A DNA stretch of 27,810 bases from a virus. Lineage: Duplodnaviria > Caudoviricetes. Made by a program: the position numbers and the translations under genes. The stretch is from positions 1-27,810 of the IMG/VR virus record IMGVR_UViG_3300017700_000395; one strand, given 5' to 3'. Of this stretch, positions 8,610 to 15,967 are shown piece after piece (the first letter of the stretch is position 1; the number at the start of each line of letters is the position of its first letter). Below the pieces are notes generated by a model that worked only from the letters and a program-made list of their open reading frames with translations, did no database searches and was not told the DNA's origin.

Positions 8610-10042
8610 TTAACGTCGTCAGCGTCCGCGTCGGGACAAAATACGGCCCCGAGTACGTAGAGCGCCTTCACGACGGAATCGCTAGGCATCTAGCCGAGGA
8701 AGCGCGTCATTGGTGTCTGACGGACGACCCTGAGAGCCTTCCCGAAGGCATCACGGCTATTCCGCATAGTCCCGACTTGCCCGGCTGGTGGCAAAAGATC
8801 GACTTGTTCTCGCCGGATATGCCTTGGGAGATAGGCGATGAAATCCTGTACATGGACCTAGACGTATGCGTGACGGGTCGCCTTGAGGGTCTTCCGCATG
8901 GCATCATCCGGGACTGGCATTGGCCCTGCCACAACTCGTCTGTGATGCGCTGGCGTCATGGCGAACATCGGGACATTTGGGAGCGTTTCACACCAGACGT
9001 AATCGACCGGCCTACGGAGAGCCTTAAGGGCCTTCTCCCCGCTGGCCAGATCAACGGCGGCGATCAAGAATGGATAAGCCAAGTCAGCGCGTGGGACGTG
9101 TTCCCTGACGGCTGGTTTATCTCCTACCGTGACGCCGTCGCATGGCCTCCCGAGTCGTGTAAGGCGGTCATCTTCCACGGCGCTCCCAAGCCGTCAGAAG
9201 TCGATCAAGGCTGGGTTCCGGGCGTCTGGAAAGTCGGAGGCTATACGGCGTTCCCTGAGCTAAAGGGCATGAACGTCACCCATGACTTCGCCTATGCCAA
9301 CGTCAGGGCGAATGTGGAGCGTGATCTGCCGTGGTTCTCTGGCTTCGGAGAGCAATCCAAGGGCTGCATCATCGTCGGCGGCGGACCGTCCATGAAGGAT
9401 AACCTTCGCCAGATCAAAGACCACCGCAAGCGCGGCTTGAAGGTCATCACGGTGAACAACGCCCTGCGGTATCTGACGGAACGAGGGGTCACGCCTGACG
9501 CTCATGTCATGTTGGATGCGCGGGAAGAAAACCTGCACATGGTCGAGGATGCGCCTAAGTCCGTGCGCTACTTCCTCGCTTCGCAGGTTCATCCGTGCGT
9601 GTTTGATGCGCTTTCGGGGCATGATGTTGTTCTGTGGCACAACGCGATGGGTTCCGGCTCTGAGCTTATGGAAATCATCCAGCCTTGGTTTGACGATGGC
9701 CCCGACCAGCGGCCATGCGTTCTAGTGCCGGGGGGCGGTACTGTGGGCCTTCGCGCGATCAATCTGGCGTGGCTGTCGGGTTACAAGAAGATCCACCTGT
9801 ACGGCTTCGACAGTTGCTATCACGACGGCGCTCACCACGCTTACGGGCAGGCCTTGAATGACGGCGAGCCTACGCAAGAGGTCGTCATGGCTGACAAGAC
9901 GTACACTTGCGCTCGGTGGATGATTAGACAGGCGATGGAGTGGCAGCAGTCTGTTTTGTATCTAAGGGAAAGAGGTGTTAAGGTGATTGCTCACGGGCGC
10001 GGACTCGTGCCTGATATGGGAAGATTGCTAAATGCCTCGTAA
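8606..10042 (+). CDS. Two-domain glycosyltransferase: GT-A (GT8-like) domain fused to a DUF115/Maf/Cst-II-like domain
   Basis: N-half: GTKYG.EYV..L, CLTDD, GWW.K..LF, YMDLD (DxD), NSSVM, GDQ.WI, FHG.PKP. C-half: IIVGGGPS, TVNNA, PD..V.LD, GGTVG..A..LA...GYKKIHLYGFD...H.Y. Confidence 0.82.
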   Translation: MINVVSVRVGTKYGPEYVERLHDGIARHLAEEARHWCLTDDPESLPEGITAIPHSPDLPGWWQKIDLFSPDMPWEIGDEILYMDLDVCVTGRLEGLPHGIIRDWHWPCHNSSVMRWRHGEHRDIWERFTPDVIDRPTESLKGLLPAGQINGGDQEWISQVSAWDVFPDGWFISYRDAVAWPPESCKAVIFHGAPKPSEVDQGWVPGVWKVGGYTAFPELKGMNVTHDFAYANVRANVERDLPWFSGFGEQSKGCIIVGGGPSMKDNLRQIKDHRKRGLKVITVNNALRYLTERGVTPDAHVMLDAREENLHMVEDAPKSVRYFLASQVHPCVFDALSGHDVVLWHNAMGSGSELMEIIQPWFDDGPDQRPCVLVPGGGTVGLRAINLAWLSGYKKIHLYGFDSCYHDGAHHAYGQALNDGEPTQEVVMADKTYTCARWMIRQAMEWQQSVLYLRERGVKVIAHGRGLVPDMGRLLNAS

Positions 10043-10499
10043 GTTTCCTTCAATGCAGCACCGTGTGGCGCAGCGATATAAGGTTGACCAAGCGTCAGGC
10101 TGTTGGATTTGGACCGGACGGCTTCAAAATCGAGGGTATGGGGTTTTGAACCATTTGCGGGTGCCGTTTTTGGCCCACCGAGTGGCCTATGAGGCCCACC
10201 ACGGCCCCCTTCTTCCGGGGCAGTGCGTTATGCACAAATGCGACACTCCCGCCTGCGTGAACCCTGACCATTTGGCGGCAGGGACAAGGGGAGACAACAA
10301 CCGAGACGCCAAGGCAAAAGGAAGAACCGCAAGGGGGATAAAGCACCATTGCGCCAAGCTTACTGAGGCGCAAGTGCGGGAGATTCGTGCGAAAAGACTG
10401 GCGGGAAAAACGTTAAAAATGCTTTCGGCGGAATACGGGGTAGGCATTTCTAATGTTGGGATGCTTACAAGGGGGAAGACGTGGGGGTGGTTAATATGA
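10032..10499 (+). CDS. HNH endonuclease with C-terminal HTH-like domain
   Basis: GCWIWTG...GYG...AHRVAYE...VMHKCDTPACVNPDHL..GT..DN..D...KGR; then AKLTEAQVREIR...LSAEYGV. Confidence 0.9.
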   Translation: MPRKFPSMQHRVAQRYKVDQASGCWIWTGRLQNRGYGVLNHLRVPFLAHRVAYEAHHGPLLPGQCVMHKCDTPACVNPDHLAAGTRGDNNRDAKAKGRTARGIKHHCAKLTEAQVREIRAKRLAGKTLKMLSAEYGVGISNVGMLTRGKTWGWLI

Positions 10500-10576
10500 T
10501 TTGGGTTCTCGCATTGCTCGCCATTTGGCTGTGCTGGCTGGCCGTTGTCGCGATCTACATGGACGCCAACCGATGA
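10496..10576 (+). CDS. 26-aa single-transmembrane micro-protein (MIWVLALLAIWLCWLAVVAIYMDANR)
   Basis: ATGA overlaps at both ends (HNH stop; ATG at 10573); about 20 consecutive hydrophobic residues. Confidence 0.6.
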   Translation: MIWVLALLAIWLCWLAVVAIYMDANR

Positions 10577-10755
10577 GCAGCCAATACAACGAGCGGAACG
10601 GCAACGACCGGCGCAAGGCGTGGGCGACGCTCAAATGGTATCCCGAGCGGCTGACGGAGGCTGATCGGGTATTGCTGCTTCTGGACGCCCCGGATTTCTA
10701 TGCCCCGGTGGACGCTAACCGTCATCTGTATGACGAGCGGGGATTTGCAAAGTGA
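10573..10755 (+). CDS. Hypothetical protein, 60 aa (MSSQYNERNG...)
   Basis: ATG 10573 is coupled to the micro-ORF stop; GTGA overlap with the methyltransferase. The TTG 10501 start in the ORF track is probably too long. Confidence 0.6.
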   Translation: MSSQYNERNGNDRRKAWATLKWYPERLTEADRVLLLLDAPDFYAPVDANRHLYDERGFAK

Positions 10756-11330
10756 AACAGATAGACGGTCTTTGGTGGCCTGATTTCGACGTGCGCTGCC
10801 GTGCTGCGGTGGTGACTGAGTGCGCGGCGGCTATGCCTGTCGTCCTGCCGTTGGTGAAGGAAAAGCGTGTTTGCGTCCAAGCTGGCGGGAATGTCGGCGT
10901 CTATCCCCTCGCGCTGGCCAAGGTGTTTGATCGGGTCATCACGTTTGAGCCTGACACGGACAACCTTGATTGCTTGGTGGCGAACGTCACGCTTGCGAAC
11001 GTGACGACCTATTACGCCGCGCTCGGGCCCGAGGTCGGAACTTGTGGCGTCCTCCGCATCGACAAGGACAACTGCGGTTCGCACAAGACGCTTCCGGGGA
11101 CTGCGGTTCCGGTTCTGACCATTGACGGCCTCAACCTCGACCAATGCGATTTGATCTGGCTCGACATTGAAGGCGCGGAGGCTGACGCCATCAAAGGCGC
11201 TATGGCGACAATCGAGAAGTTTTCGCCTATCATAGTGCTCGAAGAGAAGGGGCTGGGTCCGAAGGCGGACTTGCCCGGCTATACCCGCAAGATGCGGATT
11301 GGCAATGACTCGGTGTATTGGAGGATATGA
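10752..11330 (+). CDS. FkbM-family SAM-dependent methyltransferase
   Basis: VQAGGNVGVY (SAM motif I variant), VITFEPD, AALG, TIDGL, DLIWLDIEGAE..AIKGA..TI....PIIVLE. Confidence 0.9.
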   Translation: MKQIDGLWWPDFDVRCRAAVVTECAAAMPVVLPLVKEKRVCVQAGGNVGVYPLALAKVFDRVITFEPDTDNLDCLVANVTLANVTTYYAALGPEVGTCGVLRIDKDNCGSHKTLPGTAVPVLTIDGLNLDQCDLIWLDIEGAEADAIKGAMATIEKFSPIIVLEEKGLGPKADLPGYTRKMRIGNDSVYWRI

Positions 11331-11851
11331 TGGATTACGTAGCGCCAGACGGACGGGACCGGGTTATCCCCCGCTTCCACATCAAGCCGGTCCGCAACAA
11401 CTTCCTGTCGGAGAAGGAAGGCCGCGAGGTCTGGAATGACGTTGAGTACGTCGAACTGATCGTGCCGGGCGATAACAAGAATATCGTTGACGTGGCCGTG
11501 AAGGACGAACACCGCGACCGCTGGCCTACCAAATACGCCGCGTTCAAAGCCAACATGGAAGCCCCGGAAAGCGGTACGCCGCTGGACGAATGGGCTGGCA
11601 TTGGCCGCAGTCAGGTGATTGAGCTTAACAGCGTCCATATCCGCACCGTTGAGCAGCTTGCGGGCCTGTCTGATAGCCAACTGGCCAAGTGCGTCCCGAT
11701 GGGTGGTCATGCCCTCCGTGCGAAGGCTCAGCGGTTCATTGAGCAGACCGACGCTGAAAAGCCGATGGCTGAAATGACGCAGCGGATTCGTGAGCTTGAG
11801 GATAAACTGGCGCTCGCTCTTGAGGCCAAAAAACAGGACGTAGCGGCGTGA
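11330..11851 (+). CDS. Phage hypothetical protein with possible HhH-like segment and C-terminal coiled coil
   Basis: GGAGG at 11320-11324 (alternative ATG 11327); EYVE...PGD, RWP..Y.AFK, GTPL.EW, IRTVEQLA.LSD. Confidence 0.8.
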   Translation: MDYVAPDGRDRVIPRFHIKPVRNNFLSEKEGREVWNDVEYVELIVPGDNKNIVDVAVKDEHRDRWPTKYAAFKANMEAPESGTPLDEWAGIGRSQVIELNSVHIRTVEQLAGLSDSQLAKCVPMGGHALRAKAQRFIEQTDAEKPMAEMTQRIRELEDKLALALEAKKQDVAA

Positions 11852-12105
11852 GCCGGGTTCAGTTACGGCGGACCATTACTCCGGCGGCGTATATAACGCT
11901 TCCAGTTCGTTACGATGCGTGGGGAGACCCTTACGTCAAAATCACTATTTTTGACGAGTTGTTCAGGGGCGGGTTCAGTTTTATGGGGACGACTGCGCTT
12001 TTGGAAAACGGCAAAACCACGGGTTATCATGTGGACTGGAAATTGGTTTCCGGCGCGCCGGTGCGGTTTCCGAAAAACCACAACTCAAGAGGATGGAAGC
12101 CATGA
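11848..12105 (+). CDS. Hypothetical protein, 85 aa, visibly more AT-rich
   Basis: GTGA and ATGA overlaps at both ends; many A/T-ending codons. Confidence 0.6.
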   Translation: MSRVQLRRTITPAAYITLPVRYDAWGDPYVKITIFDELFRGGFSFMGTTALLENGKTTGYHVDWKLVSGAPVRFPKNHNSRGWKP

Positions 12106-12431
12106 GCGGTCTGGAACGAGACGTGATGTATAAGCCCGGCGCTACCTTCTACAAAGAAGGCAAGTTCCTCATGTTCCGCTATCAGGCGGACTCTTCGTCG
12201 GTCATCGGCCCGCGTGTTGCGACTGACGCAGACAAGAAGGCACACGGCGCGGAATATGATATGTATCTGAAAGAGGCTTTCAACCATGCGCCGGTTGAAG
12301 CCTTCGATCACGACGGGGTGGACGGACCCGGAGGCTCTATCAGACCCGTAAGCGACGAGCACAAACAAGTCCCTGCGGATTACGAAACCCCTCCGACGCC
12401 TAAAAAGCGCGGACGCCCGCCAAAGGTCTAA
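12102..12431 (+). CDS. Hypothetical protein with basic C-terminal KKRGRPPK tail
   Basis: ATGA-coupled start (ORF track starts at 12093); AFDHDGVDGPGGS and an AT-hook-like RGRP end. Confidence 0.75.
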   Translation: MSGLERDVMYKPGATFYKEGKFLMFRYQADSSSVIGPRVATDADKKAHGAEYDMYLKEAFNHAPVEAFDHDGVDGPGGSIRPVSDEHKQVPADYETPPTPKKRGRPPKV

Positions 12432-12434
12432 GCC

Positions 12435-13133
12435 GTGGATTTGCTCGGAATCATTCGCCGCTCTTGCCGCCTCCTCTCGCTTCCGCTCCCGACAGAGGTT
12501 GTGGAATCGACAGATATTCAGGTGCAGCAGCTTCTCGCGCTGGCCAATGAGGAGGGCGACGAACTAGCGGGGGCGTATGACTGGCAGATCATGCGCCGTC
12601 AGCACTTGTTCGACACGGTCGCGAGCGCCGTCCAGTCCAGCGCATTGCCGTCTGATTTTGACCACTTCATCGCTAACTCGTTCTTCAACCGAACGACCAT
12701 GCGCTACATCTATGGCCCGATCACTCCGCAAGAGTGGCAGGCTATCCAAGCGCAGCCCCAACTCAATCGCGTGTTCCTCGCGTTCGTTGAGCGTGACGGG
12801 CAGTTTCTTGTGACGCCGACGCCTCCGGCTGGCCAAGAGATCGCTTACGAGTACATCACGAAATATTGGGCGAAGTCGGCTCTAGGTGTCCCGCAGCAAG
12901 AGTTCCTAGCGGACACGGATGAAACCTATCTGGACGACAAGCTATTCCCGCTTGGCATCCGGTGGCGCTTCCTGAAGTCCAAGGGGTTGGATTACTCAGA
13001 AGACTATCGAAGCTATATGACCGAAAGAAACCAGCGGATGGCAAGAGACGGTGGAAACACCGTAATCGACTCAACCGGCGGAAATTACTATGGTTGGCCA
13101 ACCAACATTCAATTAGGAAATTTTCCCGGATGA
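12435..13133 (+). CDS. Head-tail adaptor / tail tubular protein A-like
   Basis: Position before the nozzle gene; QLLALANEEG..L...YDW, LP.DFD, EY....W, LGI.WRFLK.KGLDY pattern. Confidence 0.75.
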   Translation: MDLLGIIRRSCRLLSLPLPTEVVESTDIQVQQLLALANEEGDELAGAYDWQIMRRQHLFDTVASAVQSSALPSDFDHFIANSFFNRTTMRYIYGPITPQEWQAIQAQPQLNRVFLAFVERDGQFLVTPTPPAGQEIAYEYITKYWAKSALGVPQQEFLADTDETYLDDKLFPLGIRWRFLKSKGLDYSEDYRSYMTERNQRMARDGGNTVIDSTGGNYYGWPTNIQLGNFPG

Positions 13134-13627
13134 CCGTGATTACACTCACGCGCGGCTATGTTGCGAAGGTGGATGATTGCGACGCTGACCTAGCGGACGT
13201 GAAGTGGTCAACGCTTAAAACCAAAAAGACGGCGTATGCCGTTCGGTGTGTCGGTGGCCGGAAGGCAAAAAAGACGCTCTTAATGCACCGCATCATAGCG
13301 GAGCGTATGGGTCTGGACCTGAGCGACAAGGTTGTTGACCACATGAACGGCGATGGCACAGACAACAGGCGCTGCAATCTTAGAACGGTCACGCGACTAA
13401 AAAACGCGCATAACCTAAGCGGAGTCAGGTCCAACAACACATCGGGGTATATGGGGGTCTGCTACGTGCCAAAGTACAAGAAGAAGTGGGCCGCCAGCAT
13501 TTACGTGAATTACGTGAAGACGAATATCGGACGCTTTGACACGGCAGAAGAAGCAAACGAGGCGCGTCTTGCTGTCGAAGCAAAACTTTGGGGCATTCAG
13601 CCGCGCAGGGCGGAGGCCCACGCATGA
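13130..13627 (+). CDS. HNH endonuclease with AP2-like domain, paralog of 7922..8425
   Basis: Likely start ATG 13130 (ATGA with adaptor stop); ITLTRGYVAKVDD.D, MHR.I...VDHMNGDGTDNRRCNLR, NNTSGYMGV...WAASI...IGRFDTAEEA..AR. Confidence 0.9.
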   Translation: MTVITLTRGYVAKVDDCDADLADVKWSTLKTKKTAYAVRCVGGRKAKKTLLMHRIIAERMGLDLSDKVVDHMNGDGTDNRRCNLRTVTRLKNAHNLSGVRSNNTSGYMGVCYVPKYKKKWAASIYVNYVKTNIGRFDTAEEANEARLAVEAKLWGIQPRRAEAHA

Positions 13628-13818
13628 TGTTGTTCCTCACCATCTCCGACACGAAAAACCAAGAGACGCAGCGCAAGCGGCTTAATGCGTTGTTTGCCGC
13701 CTATAGCCCCGGCTATGGGTCGGCTTTGCCGTCTGCCGATTTGTCTCCCGAAGGACGGTTGTTCTACATCGGCTCGCAAGGCTATCAGAACCGTTCGGGA
13801 GCATGGGTCGCGCTATGA
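13624..13818 (+). CDS. Small hypothetical, possibly virion protein, 64 aa
   Basis: GGAGG RBS, ATGA overlaps at both ends; GSALP...EGRLFY...YQNRSGAWV resembles short beta motifs of tail proteins. Confidence 0.7.
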   Translation: MMLFLTISDTKNQETQRKRLNALFAAYSPGYGSALPSADLSPEGRLFYIGSQGYQNRSGAWVAL

Positions 13819-15503
13819 GGCAGGCAGCACAACGTTACGGTCGCCAGCCTATCCGGGGTTCGTATCAGCAGCGGGTTTCCGTCGGTCGGGCCGTTCCTGC
13901 TCCGGTTGGTGGGTGGGATGCTCAATCCCCGCTGGCCAATATGCCGCCGGAGAATGCGGTCATCCTCGACAACTTCATCCCCCGCGCCGGTTATGTGGAA
14001 CTGCGTAAGGGGTTCGTGCCGTGGCAAGAGGGTCTCCCGCTTCCGGTTGAGACGTTGATGGTCTGGCGCGGCGGAACCGTCTCGGTAGCGGACGACATTT
14101 TCGCGGCTTGCGGCGGGTCGATCTATGACGTGACGAACCAGAATGATACGCCGGTCGAGGTCTATACAGGCGCGGGCAATGCGCGATGGCAGTCGATCAA
14201 CTTCGCCAATGACGCGGGGACGTTCCTGATTGCGGCTAACGGTGCAGTCTCCCCGATCTATTACAACGGCACGGCGTTTGCCGATACGGTCATCACCGGG
14301 ACGGCGGGGGTCATTACGCTGGACCCGCGCACGTTGGTTGACGTGATGGACCATAAGGGCCGCTTGTTCTTCGTGCAGGAAAACAGCCTGCGCATCTGGT
14401 TTCTTGAGCCGTTCGCGATTCAGGGCGATGCGAACCTGTTGGACCTTGGCCCGATTTTCGACAAGGGGGGGTCGATCATCTGCCAAGCCACTTGGACGCT
14501 GGACGGCGGTTCTGGTGCGGACGATCTGGCGGTGTTCGTAACCACGCAAGGTCAGGTGGCTGTCTATCAGGGGCTAGACCCCTCGGATGCGAACAATTGG
14601 GCGTTGGTTGGGGTGTATGACCTTGGCCTGCCCCTCTCGCGCCGGTCGCTCATCAAGTACGGCTCGGACCTTGTCCTGCTGACGACTGACGGCGTTGTCC
14701 CTCTCTCGCAAGCCCTAAAGCTGGACCGGGCGCAAGAGAACCTCGTGGCCCTGACGCAGCGCATCCAGAACGCCTTTCAGCAGGCAACACAGCGGTATCG
14801 TGGCAACTTCGGATGGGAAGGTGCGCTCTATACGAAGGGCACGCTGGCCATCTTTAACGTCCCTACGGCGAGCCTGTCCCGGTCGGAACAATACGTCCAG
14901 AACGTCCAGACGGGCGCATGGTGCCGGTTTACGGGCATTGACGCCTTCTGCTGGGCTGTCGCGAATGACCAAATGTACTTCGGGGCGTCGGACTATGTCG
15001 GGCTTTGGGACACGGGGTATGCGGACAACACGACGGGTATCACGGGCGACATCAAGACGGCGTTTAACTACTTCGGCTCGCGCGGCGACCTGAAAAAGTT
15101 TGAAATGCTGCAACCCATTCTGAGGATTGCGAGCAACATCGCCCCTGCCGTTGAGGTCATTACGGACTTCAAGGAGCGCGTCCCGACTGCCGTTCCTACG
15201 TCGATCACCGTCACCGGCGGTCAGTGGGATACGGGCCTTTGGGACGTGGCCTTGTGGTCGCCATCGGTCCAGACGCGGGATAGCTGGACGAGCGTTACGG
15301 GGATTGGCTACTGCGGCGCGGTGCGCTTGCGGGTTCAGCCTTCGCCGGTGCTTTACACTGACCTTGCCGTCGATGATGACGACGTGGTGGCCTATGAGGA
15401 GGATGGGATTGTAGCCGTCCAAGCCGCGCGTAACACGAATGCCGCTGTCGAGATTATCGCCTTCAACGTGAAGTACCAGAACCAGACGGGCGGACAGCTT
15501 TGA
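13815..15503 (+). CDS. Tail nozzle / tail tubular protein B (P22 gp10-like role)
   Basis: About 560 aa, beta-rich; PAPVGGW.A..PLA.M....A..LDN..P, G.V.VYQG.DP, TGAWCRF.G, WD...WD..LW; ATGA-coupled start (alternative 13803). Confidence 0.8.
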   Translation: MRQAAQRYGRQPIRGSYQQRVSVGRAVPAPVGGWDAQSPLANMPPENAVILDNFIPRAGYVELRKGFVPWQEGLPLPVETLMVWRGGTVSVADDIFAACGGSIYDVTNQNDTPVEVYTGAGNARWQSINFANDAGTFLIAANGAVSPIYYNGTAFADTVITGTAGVITLDPRTLVDVMDHKGRLFFVQENSLRIWFLEPFAIQGDANLLDLGPIFDKGGSIICQATWTLDGGSGADDLAVFVTTQGQVAVYQGLDPSDANNWALVGVYDLGLPLSRRSLIKYGSDLVLLTTDGVVPLSQALKLDRAQENLVALTQRIQNAFQQATQRYRGNFGWEGALYTKGTLAIFNVPTASLSRSEQYVQNVQTGAWCRFTGIDAFCWAVANDQMYFGASDYVGLWDTGYADNTTGITGDIKTAFNYFGSRGDLKKFEMLQPILRIASNIAPAVEVITDFKERVPTAVPTSITVTGGQWDTGLWDVALWSPSVQTRDSWTSVTGIGYCGAVRLRVQPSPVLYTDLAVDDDDVVAYEEDGIVAVQAARNTNAAVEIIAFNVKYQNQTGGQL

Positions 15504-15967
15504 GGCTAGTCTCCGGCCCGTTCTCCCCTCTCGTCGCTCAATGGGTAGCGGACCAGATCGGACATGGACTGGATTGGGGGCCATGCGAGGCTATCGGGGT
15601 GGTCGATAAGCACGATAATCTCGTGGGTGGCGTGGTTTTCAACTCGTACCAGCCTCAATACCGCAACATAGAGGTTAGCTTTGCCTCTATCCGCCCCGAT
15701 TGGTTGACGCCTCGCCTTGTGACGGCTATCCTTCATTATCCGTTCTATCAGCTAGGAGCGGCGAGAATCACCAGCCTGACGCCGAAGAAGTTGCGTCGCG
15801 CTCGCCAGTTTCTCTCAAAGTTTGGTTTCAAACATGAGGGGACTATCCGGCGTGGTTATGGTGATGACGACTGCATCATCTCCGGTCTCCTCGAAAGCGA
15901 GTGGCGCGACCACCGTTTCAACAAGGAGCGCGTGAGTGTCCAAGCCGAGGCCCCCCGCAGCCCCTGA
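15500..15967 (+). CDS. GNAT acetyltransferase (RimJ/RimL-like), phage tail module
   Basis: GGVVFN.Y...IEV, YPF.QLG..RIT, A..F..KFGFKHEG.IR. Confidence 0.8.
   Translation: MRLVSGPFSPLVAQWVADQIGHGLDWGPCEAIGVVDKHDNLVGGVVFNSYQPQYRNIEVSFASIRPDWLTPRLVTAILHYPFYQLGAARITSLTPKKLRRARQFLSKFGFKHEGTIRRGYGDDDCIISGLLESEWRDHRFNKERVSVQAEAPRSP

Noticed and set aside
12962-13129. N-terminal extension of the HNH ORF in the ORF track
   Set aside because: It overlaps the adaptor gene in another frame; ATG 13130 is the coupled start.
7922-13627. HNH genes as group I intron-encoded ORFs
   Set aside because: Flanking genes look complete and HNH starts and stops overlap neighbours, leaving no room for an intron core.
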